DNA of 56,614 nucleotides from a virus (lineage: Duplodnaviria; Caudoviricetes). The stretch covers positions 1 to 56,614 of IMG/VR virus record IMGVR_UViG_3300030606_000008. One strand, given 5' to 3'. Position 1 is the first letter of the stretch. The number at the start of each line of letters is the position of its first letter. Under the pieces are notes generated by a model. The model made no database searches, had not been told where the DNA came from, and saw only the letters and a list, made by a program, of their open reading frames with translations. Of this stretch, positions 34,837 to 45,825 are shown piece by piece. Position numbers and translations under genes: made by a program.

Positions 34837-37800
34837 ATGGCTGACGCACCTCTAATCGAGTCCCGAGACGGTAGCTTTTCCACGAACCAAGTTCTCACGA
34901 CTAATTTGGAAACGCTTTTCGTCACGGGGACGGTATCTACCAACATTGTGGATATCCAGGTATCCATCAACGGGGCTGCTTTTGTTTCGGACGCGGCGTT
35001 GATCTCCTTTAGTGGCATGGCGTTCAGTGTGCCTAACCCAGTATCCTTCCCAGAAGGGTTGGAGTTGAAGCTGGGGGCCAATACGATCTCGTTGCGGGCG
35101 ATTGACCTCGTGGGGGGCGTCAGTGCTGTTTCAACGGCAGAAATTACTAGGATACAAGACTCGGATGATGCTGCACTCTTCATACCTACTGGGATTAGGG
35201 TGCGTAGAGGGCGCGGTACGGTCAATATCCTAGCAGCGAAGCCTAATACAGTAGTGGTTTCAGACGGTCAGACTTTTGGGAGTACCTTGGAATTCCAGGG
35301 GTTCAACTTCTACGCGTCTGTCGAGGAGGGAGGGACTTCTGGACGCTTCAAAGTCAACTCAGCTCTCGTCACGGCGGTGATGACCCAGGAAGAGGACCTC
35401 CTGGAATTGGAAGCGGGGGGTGCCACGTACACCCCATCCATGGGGGCCACCTCGATTCGAACAACTGTGACCGAAGAGGACGAGTTTGGTCAAGTTCTCC
35501 ACACAGTCATCAACAAGACTACAGACATTACGACAGTCGTCAACGACTTGAAATTCCAGAACACTCTTTCTAGCCGAACCTTCACAGACTTCATCGGGTT
35601 TGTCCACAGTCGTTCTGGTACGTTGGCAAGTAACACCATCAACTCTGACCAATTTTCCGACGTCGACAGCTCGGAACCCTTGTACTACACGGTAACGGCC
35701 GTCTTGTATGATACAGTACAGAACATAGAGATCGAGACTCCCCATTCTCAAGAAGTTCTGGGTTCTCCTTTCATCTTGGACACCAACATTCGAGACTTAC
35801 CAGGACGAACGGCCAGTGACATCACTCTCTCCTACATATCAGCAATTTTGCGTGTCAATGAGGAGATCAGTCTCATTCCGGGGTCTACGACGAAGGACGT
35901 GTCCATAGACCCCTTCGCCAGTGAAGCTGAGCGCCTGTGGTTCATGATGGACTTCGTCCACCGTTCCCAGAGTTTCTTGACGCTTCTACAGATTGACGAC
36001 GCCAACAATGACGGCGTTTCAGACCCGGTAGTTGGGAGCTCTTACAAGCAAGCCCTGAAGAACGCCTTGGGCTTGAGTACAGATTCAGCCGTTCAAACTC
36101 TCATCGATACTCAATTCGAGAAGCTAGCCAGTAACTTCCAAAAGACGAGGCTCTCTGGTCGACCTTCGGTGGGGCAAGTAGTCTACTACACTTCTGTCAG
36201 ACCTACCAAAGACATCATAATCGCTTCGGGTTCGAGTGTTTCTACGAATGCCGATCCCGATCAGGGGCTGCCTTCCGTCCGCTACATCGTGGGGGGTACC
36301 TTTACGCTTTCAGCCGATGAGGCGGATGCTTTCTTCAACTTCGATACTCAGCAGTACGAGGTCATAGTCGATATTACTGCTGAAGTCGCGGGGGAAAATG
36401 GTAATCGGTCGGCGGGGCAAATCATCAACGTCGTCTCGGGAGTTTCAGGCCTTTCGGTCATCAACCGAGAGGCTACGACTTTTGGCTCGGACCGTGAGAG
36501 TAATGCAGAGCTCGCAGCTAGAGCCCAATTGGGGTTTGTCTCCGTAGACTCTGGCACGGAAGGGGGTTATGCCGCCCTGGCGGCTGAAACCACAGGGATT
36601 GTCAAAAACAAGATCGTCAAGTCGGGCGACCCCCTCATGATGCGGGACTATGACGAGGTCCGTAGGAAGCACATTGGGGGTAAAGTAGACGCCTGGGTTC
36701 AAGGGCTTAGGGAGCGGACGGTCACTGAAAAGTTTGCCTTCAGTTTTGAGATCGCCCAGGATGTTCGATGCCAAATTATCGATGTTCCCACTCTGACCTT
36801 CCGTGTGTTGGACGCGAGGGTGACAGTCGACACCCCGGTGGTGGAAATTCTAGACGACCTCGCCCAAGGTTTTGGCGTACGGAACGTCACTACGGGGGAG
36901 GACTATGACTTGACGGGTTTGGTGTTAGTCGACTTCGAGACTTTTCGACTGAGCACTAGTATCTCGCAACCAACCACGGACATTGACGACATCGTTACGG
37001 CGGACTTCCGCTTCCGCAGTATCAATCAATTCACGTTCTCGCTACAACCCGTTCGGCGTGTTGTGAGCGTCTCAGGGCAGTCCTCAGGTGCTTTGGACAT
37101 CGACGAAGGCTTTGACCTCTACAAGACAGACGACCCCCTTCTGACGGGGGAGAGCACCATCGCTAGGGACTACCTGGTCATCAACCAGGTGGGGGGCATT
37201 CCGACTGGGGCGGCTATCACGGTCACTAATGAGTCCCACATCCTCATAGGTTTTTTCGAGGAGCCCCTCAGTAATGTGGGGGTCAACGCAGCGACCCTCA
37301 AAGTATTCAGTGCAGACCGGTCGGTTGAATACAATGGCCCTAACACCCCTACTCCAGACTATGAAGTCATCCAAGGGACAGCTACGACCCCTATCAAGAT
37401 TGTCAGAACGACCTCCTCACAGATCGTGAGTGGGGAGACTGTCGTTGCAGACTACTCCCACGACGAAAACTTCACAGTCATGTACGTGATCAACGACCTC
37501 TTACAGCAGCTCCAACAGAAGATCAACGGTAAGAGGCACGTCACGGCAGACGTCTTGGTCAAGCAAGCAATTCAGAACTCTATCAATCTAGACAGTACTG
37601 TGCAGCTCAAGAGAGGGGCGACGAAGGATAAGGCTGATCCTGCCATTCGAACGAACGTCAGTATCGAGCTCAACACCAAGCTCATTGGGAGTGGGCTAGC
37701 ACAGTCGGACATCGTCAACAGCATCGACTCGACGGAAGGGGTGGACTTTCAGGTTCTTCCTCTGGCTAGGATGGGGTATGCAGACGGTTCTAGGAAGCTT

Positions 37801-38307
37801 CGAGAATCAGTTCTCAGCTCTAATACCCGACTGACGGCTTTGGACAGTGGGAGTAACCGAGCCTTCATCTTAAACAACCCCTTACAGTTCCCCACCACAG
37901 ACGGGGGAGGACTGGAAACGGAGCACAAGGGGGTCTTTCAGGATGACGAGGCCATGGTCTTGAGTACTGTTTTGGCGACAGTAGTAACTGCTCCCAACCA
38001 AGCCTATATCATCGGGGCGACTGGGGCTTCCATTACAGGGTATTCGGATGATGCTACTTTGATTTCAGACGGATTTACGGAAGCAGACGACAGGGAGGAA
38101 GAGAGACTTCGAAGGACGGCCAACCACGTAGTCTTATCTCTGAACGATAGTGGTACCCCGTCAGACAACCCGGACCAGCACAAGTATGCGGTCAGCTATG
38201 TCGTGAGAAATGATAGGGGTCCTCATGACATCCCGTCGTCGGAAGTCGAATCCATCGACTTGGGAGCCTTTACTTTGACGGTCAAACAGGTCAAACAGGT
38301 GACATGA
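34837..38307 (+). CDS. Baseplate J-like (gp6-like) wedge protein, extended
   Basis: DITAEVAGENGNRSAGQI..SVINREATTFGSDRESNAELAARA..GTEGGY..GGKVDAWV is a baseplate-J pattern. Confidence 0.8.
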   Translation: MADAPLIESRDGSFSTNQVLTTNLETLFVTGTVSTNIVDIQVSINGAAFVSDAALISFSGMAFSVPNPVSFPEGLELKLGANTISLRAIDLVGGVSAVSTAEITRIQDSDDAALFIPTGIRVRRGRGTVNILAAKPNTVVVSDGQTFGSTLEFQGFNFYASVEEGGTSGRFKVNSALVTAVMTQEEDLLELEAGGATYTPSMGATSIRTTVTEEDEFGQVLHTVINKTTDITTVVNDLKFQNTLSSRTFTDFIGFVHSRSGTLASNTINSDQFSDVDSSEPLYYTVTAVLYDTVQNIEIETPHSQEVLGSPFILDTNIRDLPGRTASDITLSYISAILRVNEEISLIPGSTTKDVSIDPFASEAERLWFMMDFVHRSQSFLTLLQIDDANNDGVSDPVVGSSYKQALKNALGLSTDSAVQTLIDTQFEKLASNFQKTRLSGRPSVGQVVYYTSVRPTKDIIIASGSSVSTNADPDQGLPSVRYIVGGTFTLSADEADAFFNFDTQQYEVIVDITAEVAGENGNRSAGQIINVVSGVSGLSVINREATTFGSDRESNAELAARAQLGFVSVDSGTEGGYAALAAETTGIVKNKIVKSGDPLMMRDYDEVRRKHIGGKVDAWVQGLRERTVTEKFAFSFEIAQDVRCQIIDVPTLTFRVLDARVTVDTPVVEILDDLAQGFGVRNVTTGEDYDLTGLVLVDFETFRLSTSISQPTTDIDDIVTADFRFRSINQFTFSLQPVRRVVSVSGQSSGALDIDEGFDLYKTDDPLLTGESTIARDYLVINQVGGIPTGAAITVTNESHILIGFFEEPLSNVGVNAATLKVFSADRSVEYNGPNTPTPDYEVIQGTATTPIKIVRTTSSQIVSGETVVADYSHDENFTVMYVINDLLQQLQQKINGKRHVTADVLVKQAIQNSINLDSTVQLKRGATKDKADPAIRTNVSIELNTKLIGSGLAQSDIVNSIDSTEGVDFQVLPLARMGYADGSRKLRESVLSSNTRLTALDSGSNRAFILNNPLQFPTTDGGGLETEHKGVFQDDEAMVLSTVLATVVTAPNQAYIIGATGASITGYSDDATLISDGFTEADDREEERLRRTANHVVLSLNDSGTPSDNPDQHKYAVSYVVRNDRGPHDIPSSEVESIDLGAFTLTVKQVKQVT

Positions 38308-38308
38308 C

Positions 38309-39118
38309 ATGGCTCGATTTACGGTAGACCCTAACCGAGTCAACTTTAGTATCCAGCGTAAGGGTAAAGAATACAACTTGAGAGTACTTCAGAGGTCTCA
38401 AGCTATCTTCAGTACTCTCTTGGGGTTGTTGCCATCGAACTATCGCTCCACTATCAATGGCCCAAACTACACTCAGGAACTCAGGGCTGTCGCCGTCGAG
38501 CTGGCTAAGATTGAACTCGCTCTGGAGGACATCAACCTAGACCTAGATTACCAAAAGACTCGAAGTGAATTCCTATTTTCAATCATAGGATATCTCATAT
38601 TTTTGAACAATCGCCTCCCCGGTCTCGACTACGACGACCAGGAATTCAGGACTTTTTTCCTCAACCTAATACGGATCTATTTCCAGGGATCTACTCCGAA
38701 GTCCATGGGGGACGCGGTAGGTCTATTTTTGGATACAGAATTCCAGATTCTAGAGAACTTCATCCTAGTTCGTAACGGGTCAGCCAACTTAGACATCTCC
38801 GACCAATTTGGATTTCAGGTCGGGGTGGTTACTGACAACCAATTCCCATCGGAGGTGTTCGACTTACAGAGCAGTCTTCGGATTGTGTTGGACATCGTAC
38901 GACCCGCCCACGTCTTGTTTTCGATTAGGTTCATTTTTACGGACGAGTTCATTCCTTCGGACGAGACGGGGAAGATCATAGATTCCATGCGATGGGAGAT
39001 GGCGAGCTACTACTATGAAGATTACAGGTCGTACTGGGCTGGTCTCAAAGACGTCGATCGACTGGGCAAAAAGACTTGTAAGTCGGTAATAGGTGAAGAT
39101 CACTCGATGGATTTTTGA
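38309..39118 (+). CDS. Baseplate wedge protein (gpI/gp7-like)
   Basis: Follows baseplate J; DDQEFR..LIRIYFQGSTPKSM and LDIVRPAHVLF motifs. Confidence 0.65.
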   Translation: MARFTVDPNRVNFSIQRKGKEYNLRVLQRSQAIFSTLLGLLPSNYRSTINGPNYTQELRAVAVELAKIELALEDINLDLDYQKTRSEFLFSIIGYLIFLNNRLPGLDYDDQEFRTFFLNLIRIYFQGSTPKSMGDAVGLFLDTEFQILENFILVRNGSANLDISDQFGFQVGVVTDNQFPSEVFDLQSSLRIVLDIVRPAHVLFSIRFIFTDEFIPSDETGKIIDSMRWEMASYYYEDYRSYWAGLKDVDRLGKKTCKSVIGEDHSMDF

Positions 39119-42100
39119 TGGCTACGGAGTCTACAAACGGGACCACCCTGAGTTTCACTTACTCTGAAAACCTGCACTTTGACGGGGTTCAGGTAAGGGA
39201 CAACTACGTCCTGGAGGTAGATGAGAGCAATCCAGGAACTTCGGCGGCTATTCTAGTCATTACTCCTGTCTATACTGTCAAGCGAACTGGGTCGTCAGGG
39301 AGGTTCGTCCCTGAGCGGTCAGGGGGACTCCCTATTCTGGACTCTGGGTTCAGCAAAGCCTTCGAGTTCCATGGTACCATAGACGCTATTGAAGACGTCG
39401 ACGACTTCATAGAGATACTCAACGGGTCTAATGCAGGGACTTACCAGATCCAGGCCATACTGGACGTCTCTACCGAGCCTGATATAGTCAGGGTCCTACT
39501 AGATAGAGACGCCATCCTGAGAGACGGCGTCAATGGCATAGAGATCCCTCTGACTGTCGAGCTGATATCCGTCTACAATGAGGGGGACTTCGGAGGGGGT
39601 TTCGAGTACACCTACACTTTTCGCGTCACTGATCCCAGGGTCACCTCCGAGACTCCTATCCAAGAAGTCTATAGGGTAGAGAGACGTCCTAGGTCCCCTT
39701 CTGCGGAGGGGGACGTCATAAACCCCTTGGCTGGGCCTCCTGCGGCGGAGACAGGGACCCAACCCTCCCATCTATTCGACGTGACCGAATCGGATGTCAC
39801 TTTGATAGACTACCGAACGTTCTCCATTAGAGAGGGCACAGGCGTCCCGTTCATCCGTTCAATCGACTCTACTGCACCCGGGGTTGGCAGCTCCTCCCCC
39901 GTCACGACTACCGTGGATTCTTTCGTAGGAGTTATCCAGTTAGCTGGTAGTGTGGACTACGAGCACCGGTCGGGGGTAGAGAGCGTTCAGTTGGCTACGA
40001 CCAAACTGACTTCTGGAACTGGGTACCGTTTGAAAGTATCCCACTTGCAGACGCAAGTAGATCGGGACCCAGTAGAGGTAGTAGACACCTTTACAGCAAC
40101 GAATGTAGCGAGACCTCGGTTGGATACGGTAGAAGCCTCTGAGAATGTGGTAGAGGTCTCTTACGACGAGGCTATGCAGATAGACGCAAGTCACCTCAAC
40201 AGCCCGTCAAACTACACCATCTCTGGCTCTACGCTGGTGACAGTGCAGAAGATCCAGCCCATCGATGCAAGGACGGTAGCTCTCTACACACAAGGGTTGT
40301 CAGCTGGGGACTACACGTTGACCATCAGTGCTTCAACGCCCAAAGACGTCGCTGGAAACCCTCTCGACCCAGCTTTCAACTCGGCTATATTTACAGCTAC
40401 GACGCCCCTACTGTCTAGAAGTATTTTCACCGATAAGGGTCCCATCAACAAGCCTCCCTTAACCCTTCAATCAGGAACGGCCGCTACTCTCGATAATTCG
40501 AACACAGTAACGTTGACGGGAGCTGCCCTAACTCTCACGGACATTGGGAAGACGTTGAGGTTATCGGCGAGTGCCACGAACGACAGTGACTACAGGGTCG
40601 CGGCTATTCTCTCCTCTGAGCAGGCTAAAGTTACGGCCAACTTCATTCTTCCAGACGCCAACGATGGGTTGATTGACTGGGTGTTGATTGACCCGAGGAC
40701 GGGACAAATTGCGGACGACCCCTCGGATGTAGTCGTACGCATCAATGGTAATCCCGAGACTCCTGAAGCGGTAGCGGGTCTCCTAGGCCAAGTTGTACTG
40801 GCGTCCACGCCCGACGTGGATGACGACGTCGAAGTAGACTACGACTACTGCTGCAATCCAAGAGTCGAGATACGGCGGCTGAATTCCCAAGAATTCCGCC
40901 TCAATAGTTGGAATCGAGACCGTGGGGGAGGAGCGGGGTCCCAGCATCACTATCGCTACAACAACGTCCTGATCAAGCCATCAGAGTATGACCCCTCGAA
41001 TACGGCAACATCTTTGCCGGCGCCGCGCCTCAGAGGGTTGAAGTATCGAGCCTATGAACGAGCCTACACGGCTGTCTTGAACGACCCCAACCTGTTACTT
41101 CTCAACTCCCCGCACCATAGGGTGGGTTTCCCTCCAGCGACGAGACCTCTGACGGAGAGCTCTGTTTTCTATGAGGGGGACGTCCTACCTGAAAATGACA
41201 CTCCCTGGGTCAGAAAAGGCAGTGGTTCGGCTTCAGCAGCGTCGAGTATTTTGGTCGTCAACGACAACGTGACTGGACCCTTTCCTGCGGGTCAGCCCCT
41301 GTTTTGGACACAGTCTCTCGACTTGACCTTCAACCACGTCTTCTCTGCTGCTTGGCGTTTTTCATTGGACGGGGTAACGACTTCGGAGGGGGTTTGGACA
41401 GGGATAGCGGCTGGATTTTCTGATGACGTGAAAGCCTACGTCGTTGGATTCATCGATAATGGGGGTGCTAAACAGATTGGTTTTCTCGAGATAGGGGCGG
41501 AAGAGAACTTGGCTGAGGTCGGAGCTTGGACTGGAGCAGTCGATAGCAATGGGGACCCTACGGGGGTTCCAGCTGACTTGGATTGGAGTGTCCTACACAG
41601 CTATCGCATTTCGCAGAGTCAGACGGGAACGGTGCGGCTGTTCGTGGACGGGGGTGTAGTCGAGACCCTGAAGATTACTCCAGCCGAGGCCCCCAACCTC
41701 AAAGACCTGAGCTCTCCTTTTGATGAAATTCAAGGAGCATTTTTTGGGAGCCTGTCACGAGAGGCCGAAAGTAACTCTAGCTGGGACTTCTACCGGTATC
41801 TAACTCAACCCATCAATACTCAACAGTCGGCGACGTCCAGTTTCGTCAGTTACGAAGCGAACGTAGCCCCAGAGCTAGATCCCTCCCCATGGACGCCTGT
41901 TGGTTTTCACGGGACGGCCACCGTCCTCAGCACGGACTACCTCCTACTGGATTCTACGAGTGCCGCCGACGCGGGGACGACAGCCCTCGCAGGACTCGTT
42001 GGGGGAGACTTCAGGGGCTATGTCAAGGTTGAACCTCTCCTGACTGTATCTTCTCAATTTTCCGTAGACTTCGACGTTCAACTTTTGACCCACTCTCACG

Positions 42101-44292
42101 GTCCGGACCCTGATGGATTGACGGTTATCGTGAATGACGGCAACCGACTCATCCAGTTGAGCTTTTTTCCCGACCAAAGTACCCCTATCTTGTCGTACGG
42201 AGGGCGTTCGTTGCCCACCGAGTTCTCCCCCTATACGTGGTCGGAGCTAGGCACACAGACATCAGGGATGCTGGGGAGGTACCTGCGAATTGAAGACGGC
42301 AGCTCGACGGACGGTAAGGTCTACTACATCGAGGACACGGCTCCCGGAACCTCTGCTAGTCGCGTCGCTTCCGTGAGCACGGACTACTTCCTGGAGTGTC
42401 GCGTACACGTAGAGAGCTTTGCAGCAGACGGGGACGGGTTCGTGGGGGCGTTCATGCAAGTCTTCGACTCCACCCGCTCCGTAGGCATCTTTCTCAAGGA
42501 GGACGCAGGGGCGCGGTACGTAGCATTACACTCGGACGGGGTTTACTTGGGAGTCCAGTTTGCTTTTGAGTGGCACGACGGGCAGTTCCATACTTTCCGC
42601 CTCCGAAAGAGCACCTCGGGGGATCTGGTCAGTGTCTTTGCTGACGGAACCCTTCTAGGGTCGCTAGCTTACAGCTCGTTCTCCGCACCCCCTGCCGATC
42701 CCATTGGTGTGGTGAGTTTTGGTAGTTCTACGGCCGCCAGTGCTCAGGCCCAGTCGGTTGTTCAGTGGGCTTATTGTAATGCCTGGAGGGTCGATACCAA
42801 TACAGCAGTCTTGACCAAACCTCGTAATTACCTGGGGCTTTGGAGGGGGACTTCGTTAGGGGACTTGAGAGACTACCACGTACCTCTAAAGGCTCAGGGT
42901 AAGAACGCCGGGATCGCAGGAAACACCCTCAACGACCCACTGGCTGACTTCGTTACAGCGGGAGTCGCTCAAGGGGATAAGATCGTCGTAGATGTTGGGC
43001 CCAATGCGGGTACCTATACGGTAGACGTCGTCTTGGACGGTCAAAACCTTACTTTGACTCCAATTTGGCCCCTACAACCCTCGTCGATAGATTACCGGAT
43101 TGCCAAAGAAACAGACTGGACGTTGTCTGGAAGCTACCGCTTGTTCCGGAACAACACGGGAGAAGTCAGTGTCTTTTCTAACGTCGACTCGAACCCCCTC
43201 CTCACAATTTCCTACGACTCCATCAACCTACCCCCGAGTGGTACTGGGTTCCTCCGGACAGTAACGAATGGGCTCCCAGCAATAGCTTTCGGAGCATTTA
43301 GCCCGGAACATTTGAGTCAATCTCAATGGGGATATCTTCGTTATGGTATTACGAAGCACAGTAATGATGAGAGAATCGTCCCTCCTCATCAAGTCTTGAA
43401 CCAGTGGAATGTGATGGAGAGCCCTGAAAGGCTGTTCACTACGATACCACATACGTTGACAGACTTCAGGTCTAGTTCGACGGGGATTACACCCCAGACT
43501 GACCCCGACTTTCTGGACAGTGTCCCCGCCTATACTCAACTGAACGAGGGGACTCCCCTCTTCCCCCAAACGCAGAGCTTTGAGAACCGGGGTCCCTACG
43601 TCAATCAAGTCTTCATATCTACTCTAAATTCTCCCGATGACCTCCTAAACAGTGGGGATTTTCTGCTGAATGACGGAGCTGTCCGCTACACGTTGGTAGT
43701 CCCCGACGACGTCCTGTACACGAGTTTGAGAATTACGGAGGACGTCGATGGGGAGACGAACCTCATCGCTCCGTTTGATGACGGCTGCCAACCTGAGTTT
43801 AGTGGCTTCTCCTACCAGAATGAGGTTTGTCTCAATTACACGGGGGACCTCCTACCCGAGAATGATACGACGGCGGGAACGTCGTGGACCCTCAACAGTG
43901 ACAACCCTGCAGAGGTGTCTACTACGACGTTTGCTGGGGAGCTGACTTACGGGACGGGAGCAGGTGGGACCAAGACGGTCTACTTGAACAATACTCCTCT
44001 CCCCAATGCGTCGAGTCTCTCGACTACGGTTACGTTTCGACTGAAGTTGCTGACCGATGCGACGGGAGGAATCGGGGATACCCAGGTGAGGTTTGGCTTG
44101 TCCGCCCCCGGCATGACAATCGGGCTTGGTCTCGTGACGACTACCCAGGGAGACCGGGTGGTCCTGGCTTTCGACGTCAACAGCGGGTCTATCTTAGGGC
44201 AGATCGTGTTCGACTTCCTAGACGGAGAATACCACACGTACACAATCACTAGAAATCCCAACACTAGACTTGTCGACATCTCGGTAGAGTAG
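39118..44292 (+). CDS. Very large virion structural protein with Ig-like and lectin/LamG-like beta domains
   Basis: About 1724 aa; VEVSYDEAM..SNYTI..YTLTISA..KDVAGNPL Ig-like unit; repeated DWSVLHSYRI / WHDGQFHTFRL..VFADG / FLDGEYHTYTI beta-sandwich units. Confidence 0.72.
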   Translation: MATESTNGTTLSFTYSENLHFDGVQVRDNYVLEVDESNPGTSAAILVITPVYTVKRTGSSGRFVPERSGGLPILDSGFSKAFEFHGTIDAIEDVDDFIEILNGSNAGTYQIQAILDVSTEPDIVRVLLDRDAILRDGVNGIEIPLTVELISVYNEGDFGGGFEYTYTFRVTDPRVTSETPIQEVYRVERRPRSPSAEGDVINPLAGPPAAETGTQPSHLFDVTESDVTLIDYRTFSIREGTGVPFIRSIDSTAPGVGSSSPVTTTVDSFVGVIQLAGSVDYEHRSGVESVQLATTKLTSGTGYRLKVSHLQTQVDRDPVEVVDTFTATNVARPRLDTVEASENVVEVSYDEAMQIDASHLNSPSNYTISGSTLVTVQKIQPIDARTVALYTQGLSAGDYTLTISASTPKDVAGNPLDPAFNSAIFTATTPLLSRSIFTDKGPINKPPLTLQSGTAATLDNSNTVTLTGAALTLTDIGKTLRLSASATNDSDYRVAAILSSEQAKVTANFILPDANDGLIDWVLIDPRTGQIADDPSDVVVRINGNPETPEAVAGLLGQVVLASTPDVDDDVEVDYDYCCNPRVEIRRLNSQEFRLNSWNRDRGGGAGSQHHYRYNNVLIKPSEYDPSNTATSLPAPRLRGLKYRAYERAYTAVLNDPNLLLLNSPHHRVGFPPATRPLTESSVFYEGDVLPENDTPWVRKGSGSASAASSILVVNDNVTGPFPAGQPLFWTQSLDLTFNHVFSAAWRFSLDGVTTSEGVWTGIAAGFSDDVKAYVVGFIDNGGAKQIGFLEIGAEENLAEVGAWTGAVDSNGDPTGVPADLDWSVLHSYRISQSQTGTVRLFVDGGVVETLKITPAEAPNLKDLSSPFDEIQGAFFGSLSREAESNSSWDFYRYLTQPINTQQSATSSFVSYEANVAPELDPSPWTPVGFHGTATVLSTDYLLLDSTSAADAGTTALAGLVGGDFRGYVKVEPLLTVSSQFSVDFDVQLLTHSHGPDPDGLTVIVNDGNRLIQLSFFPDQSTPILSYGGRSLPTEFSPYTWSELGTQTSGMLGRYLRIEDGSSTDGKVYYIEDTAPGTSASRVASVSTDYFLECRVHVESFAADGDGFVGAFMQVFDSTRSVGIFLKEDAGARYVALHSDGVYLGVQFAFEWHDGQFHTFRLRKSTSGDLVSVFADGTLLGSLAYSSFSAPPADPIGVVSFGSSTAASAQAQSVVQWAYCNAWRVDTNTAVLTKPRNYLGLWRGTSLGDLRDYHVPLKAQGKNAGIAGNTLNDPLADFVTAGVAQGDKIVVDVGPNAGTYTVDVVLDGQNLTLTPIWPLQPSSIDYRIAKETDWTLSGSYRLFRNNTGEVSVFSNVDSNPLLTISYDSINLPPSGTGFLRTVTNGLPAIAFGAFSPEHLSQSQWGYLRYGITKHSNDERIVPPHQVLNQWNVMESPERLFTTIPHTLTDFRSSSTGITPQTDPDFLDSVPAYTQLNEGTPLFPQTQSFENRGPYVNQVFISTLNSPDDLLNSGDFLLNDGAVRYTLVVPDDVLYTSLRITEDVDGETNLIAPFDDGCQPEFSGFSYQNEVCLNYTGDLLPENDTTAGTSWTLNSDNPAEVSTTTFAGELTYGTGAGGTKTVYLNNTPLPNASSLSTTVTFRLKLLTDATGGIGDTQVRFGLSAPGMTIGLGLVTTTQGDRVVLAFDVNSGSILGQIVFDFLDGEYHTYTITRNPNTRLVDISVE

Positions 44293-44299
44293 GAGTTAC

Positions 44300-45115
44300 A
44301 TGCCCACCTTCGTAGCGGCTGCCCAATCCTTGCGGAAAGTCCAGGTTGTTTTCTCTGAGGCGATGACCGTCGACGCGGAGTACACGGATGCCTCCAACTA
44401 CACGGTAACCAAGACGGACGGCACCTCGATTGCGGTCACTGGTGCGACGTCTCTAGGCAACCAAAACGTGGAGTTGACTTTGGGGGCAGACCTAGAAGTA
44501 GTCTCTAGATACACTCTCCAAATTAGTTCGGACGTGACGACAGCTGGGGCTCAAAGTTTGTCCCCGGACACTTTCGTGTTCCAATTTTTAGCTACCAAAC
44601 CCTTGAGACTGGGGTTTGAGTCCTTTACGGGGGAAGTAACGGGGGGCCTACTGGGGTCCCCGGCAGGACAGGTGTTCTTTTCGCCGGCTCTGGAAGTTGC
44701 TACGGCGAGTTCCACTATCCAAGTAGATGACATTTCTGTCTGTACTCGAGCGTACGACGTCTACGAAATCCCAGAAATTCCAGACCCCCCCTACCTCTAC
44801 ACATATCCTTCTCCGGACCAGGTAGCCACCAGTTCGTTGCTGAACACGGCAGCTTTATTTGCCTCCGCAGAGAGGATGGGTCTGGCTCGACTAGATCTCG
44901 TGGACGCTCAGGAGGACACGTTTACAGCCCCCGAGGATGGTCCGGCGGACGCCGTCTTGGTAGAGACCATAGATATTACGACGGGCGGGTTTTTGAACGA
45001 CCTTCGGTGGGAAACCTACCCCGCGGATACGGCCACCATAGGTGTCTTCACGACGGCTGACAACTCGGCTCCAATAGGGGACGGGGGCACGACGAACATC
45101 AGTCTCCAGGCATAA
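44300..45115 (+). CDS. Virion protein with an N-terminal Ig-like domain
   Basis: SD AGGAG; KVQVVFSEAM..DASNYTV..VELTL..YTLQIS matches the Ig-like unit in the upstream gene. Confidence 0.7.
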   Translation: MPTFVAAAQSLRKVQVVFSEAMTVDAEYTDASNYTVTKTDGTSIAVTGATSLGNQNVELTLGADLEVVSRYTLQISSDVTTAGAQSLSPDTFVFQFLATKPLRLGFESFTGEVTGGLLGSPAGQVFFSPALEVATASSTIQVDDISVCTRAYDVYEIPEIPDPPYLYTYPSPDQVATSSLLNTAALFASAERMGLARLDLVDAQEDTFTAPEDGPADAVLVETIDITTGGFLNDLRWETYPADTATIGVFTTADNSAPIGDGGTTNISLQA

Positions 45116-45186
45116 AAATACTCTGAATTTCCTCTTATTGTCCTGCATTTCTGACGTTGAAGCTGTGCTTCACGGGAGATGCAAGG

Positions 45187-45825
45187 ATGAAGATTAAAGA
45201 TGCTTTCAGGAACGCAAAAAACGCCTTTTCGCTAACCCTGGCGAATCGCTACCAGGACCGAGTACCCGGGATCAGGGGCGACGTTTTTCTGGAAATGCGG
45301 AACGCGTACACGGGGGCTCTAGAGTATGAGTGGGAGCGCCGCAACCTCGTAGTCCGGGACGCCTCGATTTTGCTTGCCAGGCTCGTCAAAGACAACACAG
45401 AGCCGTCTTTCGGCGTCTTGGTCTTGGCAGTGGGCTCGGGGGACGTGGCGTGGGACCCCATGAACCCTCCAGCAGCGACCGACACTCAGAGGTCTCTGCA
45501 CGTCGAGATCACTCGAAAGACTTTCTCCTCGACTCAATTCGTGGACTCGGGGGGAACTCCCGTAGCGTATCCCACGAACATCGTAGATTTCCAGACGACC
45601 TTCACTGAGTCAGAAGCCGTGGGACCTCTAGTTGAGATGGGGCTTCTGGGGGGGACGATCTCATCGAACTTGATGGTCAAGAACCCCGTGACTCCACCCA
45701 ACGGACCCTATGACGACACGGTGGACCACACGATGTTCGAGACGATGCTGAACTACTTAATTTTTCCGGTAGTAAATAAGCCAGCCACTTCAACGCTCAC
45801 AATCACATGGCGCTTGACCTTTTAA
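45187..45825 (+). CDS. Tail-collar/baseplate fibre-attachment-like protein
   Basis: NLVV..LAVGSGD..TQRSLHVEITRK..FQTTFTESEAVGPLVEMGL..FPVVNKPATSTLTITWRLTF. ATG 45187 has SD GGGAG upstream (the ORF track starts at TTG 45157). Confidence 0.65.
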   Translation: MKIKDAFRNAKNAFSLTLANRYQDRVPGIRGDVFLEMRNAYTGALEYEWERRNLVVRDASILLARLVKDNTEPSFGVLVLAVGSGDVAWDPMNPPAATDTQRSLHVEITRKTFSSTQFVDSGGTPVAYPTNIVDFQTTFTESEAVGPLVEMGLLGGTISSNLMVKNPVTPPNGPYDDTVDHTMFETMLNYLIFPVVNKPATSTLTITWRLTF

